Of a DNA stretch of 51,691 bases, positions 10,565 through 20,154 are shown in pieces. The DNA is taken from assembly GCA_021463645.1 (NCBI GenBank), contig JAJTYI010000006.1, forward strand, positions 1 to 51,691. The letters are read 5' to 3'. The notes beneath the pieces were generated by a model, which had not been told where the DNA came from, ran no database searches, and saw nothing but the letters and a program-made list of their open reading frames with translations. The DNA is from a bacterium. GTDB lineage: Bacteria > Patescibacteriota > Dojkabacteria > B142 > OLB20. Each line of letters opens with the position of its first letter. The stretch's first letter is position 1. The position numbers and the translations under genes were made by a program.

Positions 10565-10729
10565 ATGGATATCTTCATAAAACATCTCGAGAATATTATT
10601 CATGCTACTCTCAGAAAGCAAGAGCGTAATTTTTTATCGGAGCTCAGATTAACAGAGGCTTTACTTCGGTCTGATATTAATGAACTAAACACAAAAATAG
10701 ATAAACTTATAGAAATTCGATCACCTTAA
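10565..10729 (+). CDS. possible small ORF (54 aa, helical/coiled-coil-like)
   Basis: Hand translation gives MDIFIKHLENIIHATLRKQERNFLSELRLTEALLRSDINELNTKIDKLIEIRSP followed by a stop. It falls below the ORF-track cutoff and lies in the 330-bp gap upstream of nnr. No clear SD sequence. Confidence 0.2.
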   Translation: MDIFIKHLENIIHATLRKQERNFLSELRLTEALLRSDINELNTKIDKLIEIRSP

Positions 10730-10789
10730 AGAACAAATTTATAAAATTACTGTTGTAATAAACTCCCATTGCTTTAGAATATAAGTACA

Positions 10790-12298
10790 ATGAAAATCTT
10801 AACTGCCCGACAGATTAAATTACTTGAATCTGCAACTCTGCAGACTCAAAATGTTCAAGAACTAGAACTCGTAAAGCGAGCAGGCTTGGTTTTGTTTAAA
10901 TCCATAACTTCAAAATTAAAATATCACTCTGAATTTGCAGTTTTCTGTGGAACTGGAAAAAACGGAGCTGATGGGCTCTACTGTGCCAAGTTGCTTGGTG
11001 AAATGGGACATAAATGTAGAGTTTATGTACTGAAACTTTCAAAAACTCCAAACAACACATTTCTCAAAATCCTGGATCAACTTGATCAGACACTTGTTCC
11101 CGTGGAGTACATCAATTCAATAAACAATTTCCCTAAAATCCGCTCAAAAACCATAATTATCGATGCAATGGTAGGCACAGGTCTGAACAGACCCCTGAAA
11201 GGACTGATGGCCAATGTGGTACAAAAGATTAATGCTACACGAAATAATATTGTCGTTTCTGTTGATATGCCGACAGGATTGATGACAGAAGTTGTAGCGA
11301 GCTCTTCTGATGTCATTCAGGCTAATTATACTTTTACTTTCGAAACACCCAAACTCACACAACTACTCCCTGAAAGTTATCCTTATGTAGGAGAGTGGAA
11401 GGTTTTGCCAATTGGATTAGATCAGAAGTATTTAAATAAAATTGAAACTCATCTTCAATATATCGACTCCGAATCCATAAAAACACTCTCGAAGAAATTG
11501 CATAGGGAGAAATTCTCTCACAAGGGCGATTTCGGTCATACACTTGTAGTAGCAGGTAGCATTGGGAAAATGGGTGCCGCTATTTTAACTACCAAATCTG
11601 CTCTAAAAAGCGGTGCTGGATTAGTTACCGCACTAGTGCCTGCAATAGGCTACGAGATTATGCAAATATCAGTTCCCGAAGCCATGACCAACATATCAAA
11701 CGATTCTGATTTTATTGAGAACATAGATGTTGACCTGAACGTATACAAAACAATCGCAATAGGCCCAGGGATAGGTATGTCAACCGAAACAATTAAAGCC
11801 ATAAAGACACTATTAAGAAAAGTTACTTATCCAATAGTGATTGATGCTGATGCGATAAATATTATTAGTGCAGACCGCTCAATCCTTGAAGAAATCCCAA
11901 AAAATTCAATATTTACTCCTCACATCAAAGAGTTCGATCGGTTAGTTGGCCCATCTACAAATTCCATACAAAGACTTGAGAAACAAAGAACTTTTGCAAT
12001 TAGGTATAACCAAATAGTTGTACTCAAAGGTGCACATACTTCAATTTCATTTCCAAACGGATTGATTTTATTCAATTCAACTGGGAATCCAGGTATGGCA
12101 ACGGCTGGTTCGGGTGATGTCCTTACCGGAACAATTGCAGGAATGCTCTCCCAAGGTCTCAAAAGTTCCCAAGCTGCAATATTAGGAGTTTATTATCATG
12201 GGTTAGCGGGTGACTTAGCAAAAAAAGAACTTGGAATGATTGGAATAAACGCTACCGATATAATCAATAATCTCCCTCAAGCTATCAACAGTCTTTAA
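10790..12298 (+). CDS. nnr: bifunctional NAD(P)H-hydrate repair enzyme (epimerase + ADP-dependent dehydratase)
   Basis: 502 aa. An N-terminal YjeF_N-like domain (CGTGKNGADG, DAMVGTGL) is followed by a C-terminal carbohydrate-kinase-like domain (KGDFGHTLVVAGS, GSGDVLTG). Confidence 0.9.
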   Translation: MKILTARQIKLLESATLQTQNVQELELVKRAGLVLFKSITSKLKYHSEFAVFCGTGKNGADGLYCAKLLGEMGHKCRVYVLKLSKTPNNTFLKILDQLDQTLVPVEYINSINNFPKIRSKTIIIDAMVGTGLNRPLKGLMANVVQKINATRNNIVVSVDMPTGLMTEVVASSSDVIQANYTFTFETPKLTQLLPESYPYVGEWKVLPIGLDQKYLNKIETHLQYIDSESIKTLSKKLHREKFSHKGDFGHTLVVAGSIGKMGAAILTTKSALKSGAGLVTALVPAIGYEIMQISVPEAMTNISNDSDFIENIDVDLNVYKTIAIGPGIGMSTETIKAIKTLLRKVTYPIVIDADAINIISADRSILEEIPKNSIFTPHIKEFDRLVGPSTNSIQRLEKQRTFAIRYNQIVVLKGAHTSISFPNGLILFNSTGNPGMATAGSGDVLTGTIAGMLSQGLKSSQAAILGVYYHGLAGDLAKKELGMIGINATDIINNLPQAINSL

Positions 12299-12416
12299 TC
12301 CCAACCCTCGCAATACTTATTTCTCTTGTTGTTAAATTAAACAGTTTATATAGTATTTTAAAGATTTGCTTTCAGCATTCCTGAAAGTTACAATATAAAA
12401 AATTTCAATTATTCAG

Positions 12417-13190
12417 ATGAATTTGTTCCTTAGCAAGGTATATGCTCAAGTTGATGGAGTAGTCTCTCCAACAATACCTTTCACTCCTCCTGGGAGCATT
12501 ACCCCTACCACAGCAGGACCCACCACGGCGGTTGTAGGACCATCGATTTCCCTGACTTCTGATGAAACAACTCTAGAAGTTGGAACTACTTCGAAAATTC
12601 AAGTTGTGATTGATACACAACTCCAACCAATTAGCCAATATTCTATACAAATACTTTTCAGTCCTGAATTCTTAAGGGTGGTTGATTTCGATGATAGTAC
12701 AGATAGTATTGAGATTGATTTTAGGGACACATTCTTCGACTCCACGATTAACGAAGTATCACAACAACAAGGAATTATCACAATCAGTGCCGAGAACCCT
12801 GCTGGTTCATCTAGTATCACTAGTCGAGTTGTAGCAGAAATCCAAGTAGAAGCACTCAAAGCGGGTTTTGCAGAAGTTTCGATTGGTCGAGAAAATTCCA
12901 ATTTACTGACTTCGGGATCTGCTGATATTCTCCAAAATACCACTACTGTTGAATTTGTGATTGGTGGAGGCGGAGGAACTGGGCCTACCATAGTAATTCC
13001 TTCTACAAGCATCAATCCTAACGTAACGGTACTACCTTCAAGTAATATACCATTACCAAGTCAGACTCCTGACACTGCCATAACTGATAATCTCCGAGCC
13101 CCAGCTGCCCTTATTCTAGGTGTCATCTTGATATCTATGGGAAGCTACTTCATCAAACTTAGAAATACGAATGAGAGTAAGAAAAATTGA
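12417..13190 (+). CDS. secreted cohesin-like domain protein with C-terminal TM anchor
   Basis: 257 aa. Signal-like N-terminus, a Pro/Thr linker, a beta-rich domain of about 140 aa with a cohesin-like alternating pattern, a GGGGGTGPT linker, and a C-terminal hydrophobic helix with a basic tail. Confidence 0.45.
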   Translation: MNLFLSKVYAQVDGVVSPTIPFTPPGSITPTTAGPTTAVVGPSISLTSDETTLEVGTTSKIQVVIDTQLQPISQYSIQILFSPEFLRVVDFDDSTDSIEIDFRDTFFDSTINEVSQQQGIITISAENPAGSSSITSRVVAEIQVEALKAGFAEVSIGRENSNLLTSGSADILQNTTTVEFVIGGGGGTGPTIVIPSTSINPNVTVLPSSNIPLPSQTPDTAITDNLRAPAALILGVILISMGSYFIKLRNTNESKKN

Positions 13191-13206
13191 ACAGGAAAAG
13201 GTATTT

Positions 13207-14100
13207 ATGAATACCATAATCCATATCACTCTATTCTCTGACAAACCAACTGTATACACCCAACAGAAAATTCAGGAAGCATTTACTTGTTTTGATCAAG
13301 TTGTAAAGAAATACACACGATTTTCTCCCAAAAGCGAACTGTCTGCGCTGAATAACTCGGGAGGAAAACCAATGAAAGTCTCTGATGAGTTTTATTACCT
13401 GATTGAGTACATGCTCGAACTCAGTAAACTTACAGATGGAAATTATGATCCTACGATTATCGACCTACTCGAAACTTACGGTTACGGTGAGAATCGCAAC
13501 TTCAAAGAACTCGACGATCCCAATCTTTACGAAAATATACGAACTCTTGTAAAGAAAAGACCAAGTCCTTCCCAAATAAAATTAAATAAAAAAAATAGAA
13601 CAGTGCAATTCGCACCAAGACAAAGAATCGACCTGGGGAGTATCGGAAAAGGTTATGCAATTGATCTTGCATACGATGTCTTAGAGGATTTTCCAGCGTT
13701 TATGATAAATGCGGGGGGCGATATTCGTGTCAAGGGTCCAAAGCCCGATGGGGAGAAATGGAAAGTTGGACTTTACAAAAGTCAGCTCCCTAACCAAGCA
13801 TTACCGAAAGATGATTACACAGGAATTATAGAACTCGAGAATGGGAGTATATGCGGATCAGGGGGTTGGGCAAGGAAGGTCAGATTCTTCCATCATTTAT
13901 TAAATCCCAAAACAGGTTTTCCTATCAATGAAATAACCCAGACATACGTAATCGCACCAAAAGCTATAGAAGCCGACTCCTGGGCAACTGTATTATTTAC
14001 AATGGGAAAAAGTGGATTACAACTATTGAGAGACAAAGGATTTAGGGGAATAATAATAGATCAAAAGGGGGAAATATCACAAACAGCAAAAATAATATAG
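13207..14100 (+). CDS. apbE: FAD:protein FMN transferase (ApbE family)
   Basis: ApbE blocks GSIGKGYAIDLA and INAGGDIRV. I prefer the start at 13207 because it has a GGAAAAGG SD sequence 5 nt upstream. The ORF track allows a start at 13171, which would overlap the upstream gene. Confidence 0.85.
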   Translation: MNTIIHITLFSDKPTVYTQQKIQEAFTCFDQVVKKYTRFSPKSELSALNNSGGKPMKVSDEFYYLIEYMLELSKLTDGNYDPTIIDLLETYGYGENRNFKELDDPNLYENIRTLVKKRPSPSQIKLNKKNRTVQFAPRQRIDLGSIGKGYAIDLAYDVLEDFPAFMINAGGDIRVKGPKPDGEKWKVGLYKSQLPNQALPKDDYTGIIELENGSICGSGGWARKVRFFHHLLNPKTGFPINEITQTYVIAPKAIEADSWATVLFTMGKSGLQLLRDKGFRGIIIDQKGEISQTAKII

Positions 14101-14299
14101 ATATTTCTAAGAAAAAACTTTCCACAACTAAAGCACGCGACATCATAAAGATTTGGGATAACTTAACTACTCTTCACCCCTAGACAGATATGATTTGTCG
14201 GACAACGATATTCATATGGACATTTTACACTAATGTTCTACAAGTTAATTTCACTTCCTACATTAACTAAAGTACCTAAATTTTACTTCCCCCTTACTG

Positions 14300-14329
14300 T
14301 TTACGAATGAAGTGGTTGTCTAGTATAAT
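14300..14329 (+). promoter_or_regulatory. putative sigma70-type promoter for the large glycan array
   Basis: TTTACG (14300-14305), an 18-nt spacer, then TATAAT (14324-14329), inside a 300-bp non-coding gap. Confidence 0.3.
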
Positions 14330-14364
14330 TAACAACCATTACTTAATCTAACCTAATTCTGCCC

Positions 14365-14387
14365 ATCCTGATTCGTCGGGATTTTTT
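14365..14387 (+). terminator. terminator/attenuator-like hairpin (UUCG tetraloop + U6) 13 nt before the start codon
   Basis: ATCCTGA (14365-14371) pairs with TCGGGAT (14376-14382) to give 7 bp including one G-U pair. The loop is TTCG and a T-run follows to 14387. Confidence 0.4.
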
Positions 14388-14400
14388 AACATTAGTTACA

Positions 14401-17400
14401 ATGTTTGAATTGGAAATTGTCGTCCCCGTTCTCAACGAAGAGAGGGCAGTGACAGAGTTAGTAAAACGTATCGACAAGGTCATGCGATCTGATAAAATCA
14501 CATACCGTATAATCTTTGTTGATGACCATTCTACAGATAGAACTGCGGAGATTATCCATTCGTTGGAAAACAGCTATCCTATACTACTTCACATAAAACA
14601 AGGTAAACCTGGCAAAGCGTACTCAATCCTTGAGGGTGCAAAACTTGCTGAGTCTGAGAAAATCGCCATGATTGATGGCGATCTACAATATCCACCCGAG
14701 GTGCTTCCACGCATGTTCAGACTTTCTGAAGTCTACGGAGTCGTTGTGGCAGATAGAAAAAAAGACCACTTGTCGTTAGTACGCAGAATTCTATCAAATC
14801 TCAATTCACAAATGATTGGTAAACATCTGCTTGGGCTGGACTGTGATTCTCAATCCGGACTTAAAGTATTCAGGAGGGAAATAATTGAACAGTTAAACAA
14901 AAAGGAGTTACAGCCCTGGGCACTTGATATGCCCTTGCTATACGCTGCGTTGAACATGCGTTATAAAATAGGAACAGTAGAGATTGATTTTGTAGATCGA
15001 GCGCATGGGAAATCCAAAGTCAATTTCATCAAAACCACATTTGAAATTATCTCCACCGCAATATCGCTTAAATTTTTCTCTTCAAAAATAGTATCTATAA
15101 AACCGAACAAAGACTCAATGCTTGGGTCAGGAGTTATTTATAAAAACAAGAAGTATATAACTCATACTACGCTTCCGCATTCCGAGTCCGCGCTATATAC
15201 GTTTACACGCACACAGAAGATAATTATTTTAGGTTTGATTGCAGGAGTATTAGCAGGATTAATACTAAACCCGCTGAATGCATTGATTGTGATTGTGGCA
15301 ATTTTGAGTTTGATCTATTTTGCAGATGTTGTTTTTGGAGCGTATGTATTGGCAAAGAGCTTACATTATCCTCCAGAATTAACATTTGATGGAGATGAAT
15401 TAAATAATTTGAAAACGAAAGACCTGCCTACCTACAGTATTCTTTGTCCACTATACAAAGAAGGTAATATATTGCCTGAATTTGTAAAATCCATCAGAAA
15501 TCTCGACTGGCCAAAGCGTAAATTAGATGTCTTAATACTACTTGAAAAAGATGATAAAGAGACTCTTGCTGCTGCAAAAAAGCTTAAACTTCCAAAGTAC
15601 ATTAGAGTTATTGTAGTTCCCGATTCACAACCCAGAACCAAACCGAAGGCTTGTAATTATGGTCTACAACTAGCGAAAGGGGAATACGTCGTAATTTTCG
15701 ATGCAGAAGACAAACCAGACCCACTTCAATTAAAGAAAGCGTATCTCGGATTCCGAAAAAGTGGGGAGAAAGTATTCTGTTTGCAGTCTAAACTTAATTA
15801 CTACAATCCAGACGATAATCTTCTGACCAGACTTTTTACAGCGGAATATTCTCTGTGGTTCGATGTTATCCTTCCTGGATTGCAATCAATCAAAACAACA
15901 ATCCCACTTGGAGGAACAAGCAATCACTTCCGGACAAAGCAATTGATTACTATGCAAGGTTGGGATCCATTTAATGTTACCGAAGATTGCGATCTCGGTG
16001 TCAGAATCTTCAAAGCAGGATATTCAACAGCAATAATCGACTCAACGACTTACGAAGAAGCAAATAGCTCTCCGAAAAATTGGGTTAGACAACGCTCCCG
16101 ATGGATTAAGGGCTATATGCAAACATATTTGGTTCATATGAGAAATCCTCTAAAATTTCTACGAGAGCACGGAATTCATGCTCTCATCTTTCAATTAATT
16201 ATAGGTATGCGAATCAGCTTTATGCTGATTAACCCTTTATTATGGTTGGCTACATTTGTCTATTTTGCATTTAGACCTTTTGTTGGGGAATACATCGAAG
16301 CACTTTATCCGTCATGGATCTTCTATATCGCAGGAATTTCACTTGTCGGTGGAAATTTTATGTACATATTTAATTATATGATTGGATGTGCGAAGAAGGA
16401 ACACTATAGTTTGATTAAGTATGTTTTCTTTATACCACTTTATTGGATTCTTGCTAGTGTAGCCGCATTCAAAGCTGCGCAACAGCTGATCTTTAAACCG
16501 CACTTCTGGGAGAAAACTCATCACGGGCTGCATCTTGCCGATACAAAGAAAAAGTCCCAACAACAGAAGACAGAGAAAGAAAGACTGTGGATACCGGGAT
16601 GGCTGGAAGGAAGACTCACAGCCAATGGCAATTTTAACCTTCACTACTCACGAGCTAAAACCTTTTTGAGAACCGGTGGTATTGGGGTCGTACTTTTGGT
16701 TGGCTCATCCGTTTTTGCTAATTTTCTGGATTTCCTGACTAGTTCTTACCTGGGCAGAAACCTCGGATCAGAAGAATTCGGGCTAATAGGTCTTATGGGA
16801 AGTTTTATGTTTATTGTTTCACTGATCTCGTCAGGAGTAAACAAAACTATTTCCCATCAAACTGCTTTCGTATTTGGTAAATATGGCTCCCCTGTCGGGA
16901 AATTATGGTATGAACACAGACCAAAAGTGTTAAAGGTTTCGTTGGTTTTCACTTTAATGTGGATACTAATAGTTCCGTTTACAGAAAACTTTTTTAACTC
17001 ACATACTCTATTTCCGTTTATTGTGTTTACTCCAGTTTGGGCTATCCTAATGCTCAGAGCCTGGGATGGTGGTTATTTAGAAGGAGGACTGAAATTTGTC
17101 TGGTTGGCAGTATTGACTTCAGTAACTGCTTCCTCAAAGCTTATATTCTCCGTAGCTTTTGTTACTTCAGGAGCGGAGCAATTAGTCTATGCAGCAGGCC
17201 CATTATCTCTATTTGTAGGTCTATGCGGAGGATGGATAGTTGCTAGAAAAGTAGCTAATCGCAACCTTAGCAGCAAAACTGCCCCTTCGAAAATAAGTAT
17301 GAAGTTTTCAAAAAGGTTCCTTGCTACTGCTACAATGACGAAGATTTCCTCAATTTCATTTCTGAGTTTGGACTTGATCTTTGTTAAACACTTCTTGTCC

Positions 17401-19158
17401 GCTTCAGAAGCGGGTCAATATGCATTGCTTGTATTGGTGGGTAGGATTATCTACATTGTGGGTGGTTTTTCCTCCCAATTTATACTGCCTGTCATAAGTA
17501 AAGAAAAAGGACAAGGTGTAAAACAAAGTAGAACATCCACATTAATAATGCTAAGTGTAATTGCGTCAACCTTGCTGGCGTTTTTCATGGTTGGTCCATT
17601 AGGGTTTTTAGTTGTCCCGCTGATGTTTGGAGAAAATGCCTTGCCGATAATCCCTTATCTAACACCGTTTGCGATGGCAATGGTACTTTTCACGGTTGCC
17701 TATAGTCTTGTAACTTATCATCAGGCTAGAAAAGAATATGCTTTTGCCTTCACAGGGATTATGACCGCTACAGTTCAGTTTGTATGTTTATTTCTTTTCC
17801 ATGCCAATATCGGTCAAGTGGTAGCTGGGATGTTTGTAAGTGGAGCGTTCTTCCTGGTAACCACCTTAGTCATGCATATACGATACGATGATATTAAACA
17901 CATCCAGTCAAATTTAACTGACTTTTGGGATTTAATAATTAGACCGAAAAAGAACTTCACTGAAATAACCGAAAATCCCAGACTGAATATTTTGATATAT
18001 AACTGGCGTGACACAAAGCATGTCTGGGCTGGCGGAGCAGAGGTATATGTACATGAATTGGCAAAGCGCTGGGTAGCAGAGGGAAATAATGTTACTATCT
18101 TTTGCGGAAATGACGACGAAAATGAGCGCCATGAAATAATTGATGGAGTAAGCGTAATTCGCAGGGGCGGATTATACACAGTGTATCTTTGGGCTGTTTT
18201 GTACTATTTGCTTAGACTTAGAGGGAAATATGATTTGATTGTTGACAGTGAAAACAGTATGCCGTTTTTTACTCCTCTATTCGCCAGAATTCCTAAAATC
18301 GGTTTAATCCATCACGTTCACAGTGACATTATCTTGAAAGAGTTGAAATTACCTATTACCCGAATCCCTGCGGCAGTTGTTGCTAAATATGTCGAAAGTA
18401 CACTAATGCCTGTTCTCTACAGAAATGTCCAAATGGTAACGGTGTCAGAGTCGAGTAAAAAAGATATGGAAAAGCTTGGTTTTGGTAAAAACAAACCAAT
18501 ACAAATTATCAACCCCGGAATTGACCTGGATGTATTGAAACCCGGTCCTAAATCAAAAGAACCCACACTTCTATATCTGGGCAGACTAAAACCATACAAA
18601 TCCATAGACACTCTAATTAAGGCGGCTGATGAATTAAGAGAAACAATTCCAAATCTGAAAGTTAAAATAGCCGGTTTTGGAGAAAGTAGAAAAGACCTGG
18701 AAAGATTAACCAAGAAGCTAGGTTTGCAAAAGTATGTAGAATTTCTTGGCAGAGTATCTGAAACCGACAAAGTGCGATTACTTGGAGAGGCCTGGGTATT
18801 TGTTCAACCATCGACATTCGAAGGCTGGGGAATCTCAGTATTGGAAGCCAATGCTTGTGGAACTCCAATTGTTGCCTCAAGAGTTCCAGGACTTATTGAT
18901 TCAGTCAAAAATCCGTCAACCGGCTATACCGTCAAGGTGAAAGACGAAAAAGCTTTTGCAAAGGCTATTGCAAAATTACTTAACGACAATGATCTGAGAG
19001 AAAAATTTTCAGACAATTCCATAAAATGGGCAGAACAATTTAACTGGGAAGTAAAATCGCAGGAATTCATGAAACTGATAGAATTTGAGATTACTGCCAA
19101 TAATTTACCTCTGATGTACTCAGAAACAATGAGCACTAATAATAATGAGATTGACTAA
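14401..19158 (+). CDS. four-module glycan assembly protein: GT2 (polyprenol-P-sugar synthase-like) + processive GT2 synthase-like + MOP/Wzx-like flippase + GT4
   Basis: Uninterrupted 1585-aa ORF with four modules.
- Module 1: VPVLNEE, FVDDHSTD and DGDLQYPPE (14674-14700).
- Module 2: DAEDKPD (from 15700), TEDCDLG and QRSRW (16090-16104), plus flanking TM helices.
- Module 3: about 12 TM helices, roughly 16650-17880.
- Module 4: a GT4 with E-x7-E (EGWGISVLEA from 18820). Confidence 0.85.
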   Translation: MFELEIVVPVLNEERAVTELVKRIDKVMRSDKITYRIIFVDDHSTDRTAEIIHSLENSYPILLHIKQGKPGKAYSILEGAKLAESEKIAMIDGDLQYPPEVLPRMFRLSEVYGVVVADRKKDHLSLVRRILSNLNSQMIGKHLLGLDCDSQSGLKVFRREIIEQLNKKELQPWALDMPLLYAALNMRYKIGTVEIDFVDRAHGKSKVNFIKTTFEIISTAISLKFFSSKIVSIKPNKDSMLGSGVIYKNKKYITHTTLPHSESALYTFTRTQKIIILGLIAGVLAGLILNPLNALIVIVAILSLIYFADVVFGAYVLAKSLHYPPELTFDGDELNNLKTKDLPTYSILCPLYKEGNILPEFVKSIRNLDWPKRKLDVLILLEKDDKETLAAAKKLKLPKYIRVIVVPDSQPRTKPKACNYGLQLAKGEYVVIFDAEDKPDPLQLKKAYLGFRKSGEKVFCLQSKLNYYNPDDNLLTRLFTAEYSLWFDVILPGLQSIKTTIPLGGTSNHFRTKQLITMQGWDPFNVTEDCDLGVRIFKAGYSTAIIDSTTYEEANSSPKNWVRQRSRWIKGYMQTYLVHMRNPLKFLREHGIHALIFQLIIGMRISFMLINPLLWLATFVYFAFRPFVGEYIEALYPSWIFYIAGISLVGGNFMYIFNYMIGCAKKEHYSLIKYVFFIPLYWILASVAAFKAAQQLIFKPHFWEKTHHGLHLADTKKKSQQQKTEKERLWIPGWLEGRLTANGNFNLHYSRAKTFLRTGGIGVVLLVGSSVFANFLDFLTSSYLGRNLGSEEFGLIGLMGSFMFIVSLISSGVNKTISHQTAFVFGKYGSPVGKLWYEHRPKVLKVSLVFTLMWILIVPFTENFFNSHTLFPFIVFTPVWAILMLRAWDGGYLEGGLKFVWLAVLTSVTASSKLIFSVAFVTSGAEQLVYAAGPLSLFVGLCGGWIVARKVANRNLSSKTAPSKISMKFSKRFLATATMTKISSISFLSLDLIFVKHFLSASEAGQYALLVLVGRIIYIVGGFSSQFILPVISKEKGQGVKQSRTSTLIMLSVIASTLLAFFMVGPLGFLVVPLMFGENALPIIPYLTPFAMAMVLFTVAYSLVTYHQARKEYAFAFTGIMTATVQFVCLFLFHANIGQVVAGMFVSGAFFLVTTLVMHIRYDDIKHIQSNLTDFWDLIIRPKKNFTEITENPRLNILIYNWRDTKHVWAGGAEVYVHELAKRWVAEGNNVTIFCGNDDENERHEIIDGVSVIRRGGLYTVYLWAVLYYLLRLRGKYDLIVDSENSMPFFTPLFARIPKIGLIHHVHSDIILKELKLPITRIPAAVVAKYVESTLMPVLYRNVQMVTVSESSKKDMEKLGFGKNKPIQIINPGIDLDVLKPGPKSKEPTLLYLGRLKPYKSIDTLIKAADELRETIPNLKVKIAGFGESRKDLERLTKKLGLQKYVEFLGRVSETDKVRLLGEAWVFVQPSTFEGWGISVLEANACGTPIVASRVPGLIDSVKNPSTGYTVKVKDEKAFAKAIAKLLNDNDLREKFSDNSIKWAEQFNWEVKSQEFMKLIEFEITANNLPLMYSETMSTNNNEID

Positions 19159-20140
19159 TTCCTCCAGTTCATCAAGATTTGAAGTCTTGTTAAACAGTTT
19201 TTTCTCTGTTTTCTCTTTACGGCGGAAAGAGCTTAATCAGATGGGTGTTCCGACGGAGGCCCCCAAAATGCTTGCCAGAGGGAGATATCAATTCACAGCA
19301 TATCTAAGTAATAAATCCTACTTCTTTAGAATAGCTGAATACAAAGATCTGGATGGAAATAAATATATCGCAAAAATCTGGACATCGAAGAACAAAGACA
19401 AAAATTATTACAGAATAAAAAACGAGTTGGTTGCTTACAGAACTTTTTGGGAAATACTACAATCAGAAGAATATAATAAGATTACAAAAGATTTCGATAT
19501 TTCCATTCCAAAACTTGAGTATTATGAAGAAGAAAAAACCAGGTTAGTTTTACTTTTGGAAAAGATTCCAGGTGTACCTCTCGGAGAAATACCGAATAAG
19601 GAAAGGATCAGAGTAGTGGATCAAAGCATCACTTTTTTGCAGACCCTATTTGAAAGCTCTGAAAACCCCACAAAACTTGGATTAAGAAATATAAAGCCAC
19701 TATTCTTTATATTAATGATCTTTTTGCTGATGCCACTTTCACTCGCAAAGAATCTGAAACTGGCACCCTCTTTACTCAAGCTGTATCTTTTTGTTCCACT
19801 GAGTGTTATCCCTATTTTAAAATGTAAAGAACTTTCCTTTGTTCATAGAGACTTGCATCCATGGAACATCATCAGTGTAAAAGAGAAATCGTATTTATTC
19901 GACCTTGAAATTATTTCAATTGGGCCCAAGAGTCACGACCTAGGGAATGCAATATTCAGGAGCTGGAACATGGAGGATAACGCAGCGTTGATTGAATATA
20001 TGAATAATTTAAAGACTAGTACCAATTATTATGAATTGAAATTTATGTGTATATATGGACTTGTCTATGATCTAGTTTTTAATGTGTCTGATACAATACC
20101 TCGGGCTAAAGGCTTTATCGAATATTTAAAATACTTTTAA
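19145..20140 (+). CDS. APH/choline-kinase-fold phosphotransferase with hydrophobic insert
   Basis: 331 aa. Lys motif YIAKIW, catalytic loop HRDLHPWN (19844-19867), metal-binding FDLE, and a hydrophobic insertion of about 45 aa (FFILMIFLLMPLSLA...). It overlaps the upstream gene by 14 nt. The start is uncertain because of internal Met codons at 33 and 42. Confidence 0.65.
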   Translation: MRLTNSSSSSRFEVLLNSFFSVFSLRRKELNQMGVPTEAPKMLARGRYQFTAYLSNKSYFFRIAEYKDLDGNKYIAKIWTSKNKDKNYYRIKNELVAYRTFWEILQSEEYNKITKDFDISIPKLEYYEEEKTRLVLLLEKIPGVPLGEIPNKERIRVVDQSITFLQTLFESSENPTKLGLRNIKPLFFILMIFLLMPLSLAKNLKLAPSLLKLYLFVPLSVIPILKCKELSFVHRDLHPWNIISVKEKSYLFDLEIISIGPKSHDLGNAIFRSWNMEDNAALIEYMNNLKTSTNYYELKFMCIYGLVYDLVFNVSDTIPRAKGFIEYLKYF

Positions 20141-20154
20141 ACTTTTTACTAATT

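Noticed and set aside
12599-13015. Antisense or alternative-frame ORFs in the six-frame track. This one is representative. Others include 1409-1648, 2159-2425, 4716-5093, 5163-5471, 11086-11543, 16339-16644, 17814-18179, 18417-18880, 20805-21200, 34104-34379, 38698-39001, 40313-40699, 42759-43052, 43872-44230 and 51165-51510.
   Set aside because: Each lies entirely within a longer ORF that has clear family motifs on the other strand or in another frame. Their products are low-complexity or Ser/Ile/Phe-rich, as expected for shadow ORFs in AT-rich DNA.
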